In this document: positions 52,668-55,765 of the stretch, piece by piece | How positions within the stretch are numbered: the first letter of the stretch is position 1 | Layout of the letters: the number at the start of each line of letters is the position of its first letter | Source: a virus | Lineage: Duplodnaviria; Caudoviricetes | Virus record (IMG/VR): IMGVR_UViG_3300044825_002268 | Coordinates: 1 to 55,765 of that record | DNA length: 55,765 bases | Direction: 5' to 3' (one strand) | Notes under the pieces: generated by a model | What the model was told of the DNA's origin: nothing | Database searches by the model: none | What the model saw: the letters and a program-made list of their open reading frames with translations, nothing else | Program-made: the position numbers and the translations under genes

Positions 52668-52680
52668 TTATCTGCCCTCC

Positions 52681-53304
52681 TTAAATAGCGATGGGCGAGT
52701 AATTGGCACCAGAGACACGGATCAGACCGTACTGGTACTCAGCGATTACTACGCGCACGATGGTGTAAGAATCTCCCCACGCATTATCTGGGTAGGGGGC
52801 TATGTCGATAACACGCATGGTCTTGACGTTATCTGCACCAGCGGCTGAGGTGCCAAGAGTGGCAGCCGACAGACCAGTACTGGTAGATCCCGAAGTTTCA
52901 TTTGTGATATCAAATTCATCGCCTACGGCAGTCTGAAGGAGCGAACCTGCAGCCTGAATTTCGTAAACGATGTTGGGGTCTTGGTAGAAATAAGCAACTA
53001 CGGAACCCACTTGGAAAGACTCGTTTGCGGGCCAAAAATTGCTTACTCGACGACGACCAGTTGCGTCGGTCCACTCAACACCAGCAAAGGCACCGAGGAT
53101 CGGCTCGCCAGTAGCGGCGACCTCAATCCAACCGGCGGTGTTCATTTTCACCGGCTGACCTTTGAAGATGTTATTAGCGTAACCGGCAGACACGTTTCCA
53201 GAAGTGGAAACGGCCTGAATGCCGTTGGCCAGCGCGAAAGCACGATCCAGTCCTGACGGATGGAATACTGGGCGCAGACCAAACGGAGCAGAGGTTGCAC
53301 TCAT
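52681..53304 (-). CDS. Capsid cement/decoration protein
   Basis: 'APFGLRPV...IFKGQPV...G.F.GV...DPNIVYEIQ'; directly upstream of the MCP. Confidence 0.75.
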   Translation of the reverse strand: MSATSAPFGLRPVFHPSGLDRAFALANGIQAVSTSGNVSAGYANNIFKGQPVKMNTAGWIEVAATGEPILGAFAGVEWTDATGRRRVSNFWPANESFQVGSVVAYFYQDPNIVYEIQAAGSLLQTAVGDEFDITNETSGSTSTGLSAATLGTSAAGADNVKTMRVIDIAPYPDNAWGDSYTIVRVVIAEYQYGLIRVSGANYSPIAI

Positions 53305-53337
53305 TTAACTACTCCTTAATGGTTGAAAGTCCTCCCC

Positions 53338-53880
53338 TCACTGAAATATCGGTGCGGGTAGGGGTTTGTCAATTTCGCCTAGCCCGTCGCCTTCAACCTT
53401 TCCGAGTGCTTTCCCGGAACTGTCCCGTGTCTGCATACTTTCCGCCTGAACACGAATCTTGTTGGCTTCCTCAAGAGGAGCCTCATGGTGAAAATGCGCC
53501 ATGATTTCTTGATAAATGTCTTCAGGGATTTTGAAAAGTAGCATTTCATTACACGCTACATAACCATCGTACTGTCCAGACTTTACGCGGTAATTTTCAA
53601 ACCCGGGAATATCATCGGCTTTAACCGGAACATATCCGAGGCGAATCCGCTTATCGATACTGTCGTAAGAATTGGTGGTTGATAACCAGCAAACGTGCCA
53701 CCCCGGAATCTCCGGAGCATTCGGCAGTGCGCTTTGTGTCCATTCGTCCTTCCACATCTTGCGACGCTCATCGGATGACACGAAATTGTCCTCAGGTGCG
53801 GATCTTTCCTTGTCTTGCAAGGCACGATTCTCACGACCACCAGCGGATAAAGATTTTTTTAAACGTGAGTCCATTCTCAA
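53338..53880 (-). CDS. Conserved head-module protein
   Basis: 'P.IPGWHVCWL....N....R.RLGY.PV'; lies between scaffold and cement genes. Confidence 0.7.
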   Translation of the reverse strand: MRMDSRLKKSLSAGGRENRALQDKERSAPEDNFVSSDERRKMWKDEWTQSALPNAPEIPGWHVCWLSTTNSYDSIDKRIRLGYVPVKADDIPGFENYRVKSGQYDGYVACNEMLLFKIPEDIYQEIMAHFHHEAPLEEANKIRVQAESMQTRDSSGKALGKVEGDGLGEIDKPLPAPIFQ

Positions 53881-54896
53881 CTCCTTTGTTGCCGAGCACT
53901 CTCGGCGTAGCGTTTGATCATTTTCATGCGTTTCTCAGGGTCATCCCACATACCCGCATCTTTCATGGCGCGAACTTGTTCAGGGGTCAACGTAAACGTG
54001 TTCCCCTTGCCGCCACTACTCGCTGCGTTTTCACGCCCTGATCCCGTCACTACTGACCTCGGCTTTCTAACTGGTTGAGCAGGCTCATCGTCTGCATCGT
54101 CAGTATATCGGTGCGGCAAATACTTCCGCAACCGATTCGTTAATTCTGTCCAATAGCGTTTCTGCTCGGGGTTAAACCCTTCCTCGGACAGACGCTTATC
54201 AATCTGAAGGGCGATGGCTGAGTCCTGATCCCGGCCGTTTGGGTCGTACCATGAGTTTTCGCTCATCCACTCGTTGGCGTATTGCTGAACGATTGGATTC
54301 GGAGCCCGGATGGTCTGTTCCTTTTGCGGTGCGGTAGCTTTTTTCTTCAGCTCCTGCAAGGCTTCGTGGTTTTTTCGTGCCTCAAACCACATTTCTTGGG
54401 CAGAAGCCAAAAGATCGCCGTTTCCGTTCTCGGTAGCCTCTTTAATCTTGGCTTTGGCAAAGGCAATCCGAGTTTCTTGGTCTTCAATCGCCTTATTTAT
54501 CTGGGCAATCTCCGATCCATGCGTTTTGCGCTCCAAAATGGCCATGCGCTCCCGCATTTCTTGGTTTTCTTGCCTCAAAAGCTGCAGCTCAATGTTCTTT
54601 TCGGCCGCAACCTGCTTGTGATACTCCTTGCGGGCCCTGCGTTTAGCCCTTTTTGCCTCCCGAACAGCCTCTTGGTCGGGATCTACCTCCCCACCAGCGG
54701 CCATTTCTGCCTCTCGGGCTGCCTCATCCTCCTCATCTGACCCCTCAGAGTCATCCGAAGCGGCAACTTCTGCCGGTTTTTCCTCTACATCCGGGCTAGG
54801 GATGTCTGCCGGTAGCTCAATAACGGCAGATCCGTCGGCAGACTCCTCAATCTTTATCAGATCAAGGTCTTTCTGTGCGTTTTGTGTCTCGCTCAT
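53877..54896 (-). CDS. Putative scaffolding protein
   Basis: Acidic N-terminus, long coiled coil, 'W...NSWY', C-terminal 'LTPEQV.AM...G'. Confidence 0.75.
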   Translation of the reverse strand: MSETQNAQKDLDLIKIEESADGSAVIELPADIPSPDVEEKPAEVAASDDSEGSDEEDEAAREAEMAAGGEVDPDQEAVREAKRAKRRARKEYHKQVAAEKNIELQLLRQENQEMRERMAILERKTHGSEIAQINKAIEDQETRIAFAKAKIKEATENGNGDLLASAQEMWFEARKNHEALQELKKKATAPQKEQTIRAPNPIVQQYANEWMSENSWYDPNGRDQDSAIALQIDKRLSEEGFNPEQKRYWTELTNRLRKYLPHRYTDDADDEPAQPVRKPRSVVTGSGRENAASSGGKGNTFTLTPEQVRAMKDAGMWDDPEKRMKMIKRYAESARQQRS

Positions 54897-55321
54897 ACCA
54901 GTGCCTTCATTTCTAATGGGTTTCCGGTGACCTTAGCGATCACTTCGTGGTCGTTTAAGACCATGAAAAGGGCTGGCTCTTCTTCGCCCGGGACTTTTAC
55001 CTCCCAGCGATCACCACCCCACTTGGGAACTCGTAAGTAGTCACCTACTTCGCACCACGACCCCTCAGGCCATGGCTCCATGGTGTCTCGCTTCTTAAAA
55101 GCAAGCGGGCCAATCTCAATGACTTTGGCCACCATGTTGTTCCACTTTTCGGCTTCTCTGGTCTCTTCGACCAAAATAATCCCGGCACTTGTCGTTTTCT
55201 TCTTTGTGCGACGCAACTGAACCAAAATTCTTGCGCCTAGAGGCTTCGCACCGGGGTCTACAGCAGGAAAGGCATCCCGCAAATCGGCGGATTCACCCGC
55301 CACCGGTTCATTCATCTTCAT
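54893..55321 (-). CDS. groES: GroES-like co-chaperonin
   Basis: 'KPLGARILV...TSAGIIL...AKVIEIGP...VGD.....K..G...LNDHEVIAKV'. Confidence 0.88.
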   Translation of the reverse strand: MKMNEPVAGESADLRDAFPAVDPGAKPLGARILVQLRRTKKKTTSAGIILVEETREAEKWNNMVAKVIEIGPLAFKKRDTMEPWPEGSWCEVGDYLRVPKWGGDRWEVKVPGEEEPALFMVLNDHEVIAKVTGNPLEMKALV

Positions 55322-55493
55322 CTTCTTCCTTTAAAAGGTTGTTAAGGATGGAAAGAGCCTGTTCAAGTCCTTGATATTCCCCGACTAAACGCTGATAGGC
55401 AGACCAATCGACAGGGTTACCCTGTGCCATGGACTGCTGGATCAGCGCCTGACGCGCCTTTACGGCGCCAATAAAGTCGGAGGTATACCTCAT
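55308..55493 (-). CDS. Hypothetical protein
   Basis: 'G...DW..YQRLVG..QGL..A' small protein lying between portal and GroES on the circle. Confidence 0.7.
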   Translation of the reverse strand: MRYTSDFIGAVKARQALIQQSMAQGNPVDWSAYQRLVGEYQGLEQALSILNNLLKEEDEDE

Positions 55494-55669
55494 GCGTTGG
55501 ACTTATCCACACCCTTGCCGCTTGAAAAATTACCGTGGTCGCTGTTGGCTTTTGGAAGTGTCGCTGTACCTTGCTCTTTTAGTTCGCTACCCGTAATCCA
55601 AGCGCCCGCCGCCATGCGGTGGTGCTGTTTTACGGCTTCTTGTTGCTCGTCTTTCTCAGTGGTTGCCAT
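55490..55669 (-). CDS. Hypothetical 59-aa protein following the portal (5' part duplicated at 1-74; not in ORF track)
   Basis: MATTEKDEQQEAVKQHHRMAAGAWITG...VDKSNA; AGGAGG RBS and ATGA overlap with the next gene. Confidence 0.7.
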   Translation of the reverse strand: MATTEKDEQQEAVKQHHRMAAGAWITGSELKEQGTATLPKANSDHGNFSSGKGVDKSNA

Positions 55670-55765
55670 GGTTAACCTCCTAGTTGGCGTTGAACTTCGT
55701 TATTAAGTCTTACTGCGGTCTCGACCTGCTCTTTTCGGAGCTTCTGCTCGTCCAAAACCAGCTCT
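55596..55765. repeat. Terminal overlap, right copy
   Basis: Matches 1-170 with one mismatch. Confidence 0.97.

Noticed and set aside
77-55493. Alternative genetic code or stop-codon readthrough
   Set aside because: Genes tile densely under the standard code and core proteins appear full length.

Overview
The window is an apparently complete genome of a tailed dsDNA phage. It is circularly permuted, about 55.6 kb, and bases 1-170 repeat at 55596-55765 with one mismatch. The gene set looks podovirus-like: no tape measure or sheath, but large ejection-type proteins. Nearly all genes are on the minus strand: small and large terminase, a 2013-aa multi-domain protein, portal, GroES, scaffold, major capsid and decoration proteins, adaptors, fibres, a three-gene glycosyltransferase cluster, three Gly/Cys-rich adhesin-like paralogues, a 2OG-Fe(II) oxygenase, a lysis cassette and ejection proteins. 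A lambdoid-style replication module is present (Cro-like, YdaU/DUF1376-type initiator, SF4 helicase, RusA), with a short divergent plus-strand operon (SSB-like protein, PD-(D/E)xK nucleases). I recognised no integrase, CI repressor, DNA polymerase, tRNA or CRISPR array. Most notable observations: (1) a hydrophobic-x-x-Gly-Gly motif at apparent module boundaries in five late proteins, plus one 'SDEIPAMLADGEYV' domain, suggesting a polyprotein processing or targeting system; (2) a proline-free (Ser-Gly-X)n collagen-like fibre directly followed by glycosyl- and methyltransferases; (3) a highly structured ~400-nt non-coding leader with competing terminator/anti-terminator pairing upstream of terS; (4) 11-bp palindromic iteron-like arrays inside the initiator gene and on both sides of that leader; (5) a 28-aa cationic amphipathic peptide gene after the endolysin. 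All family assignments come from motif recognition only; no database search was run.
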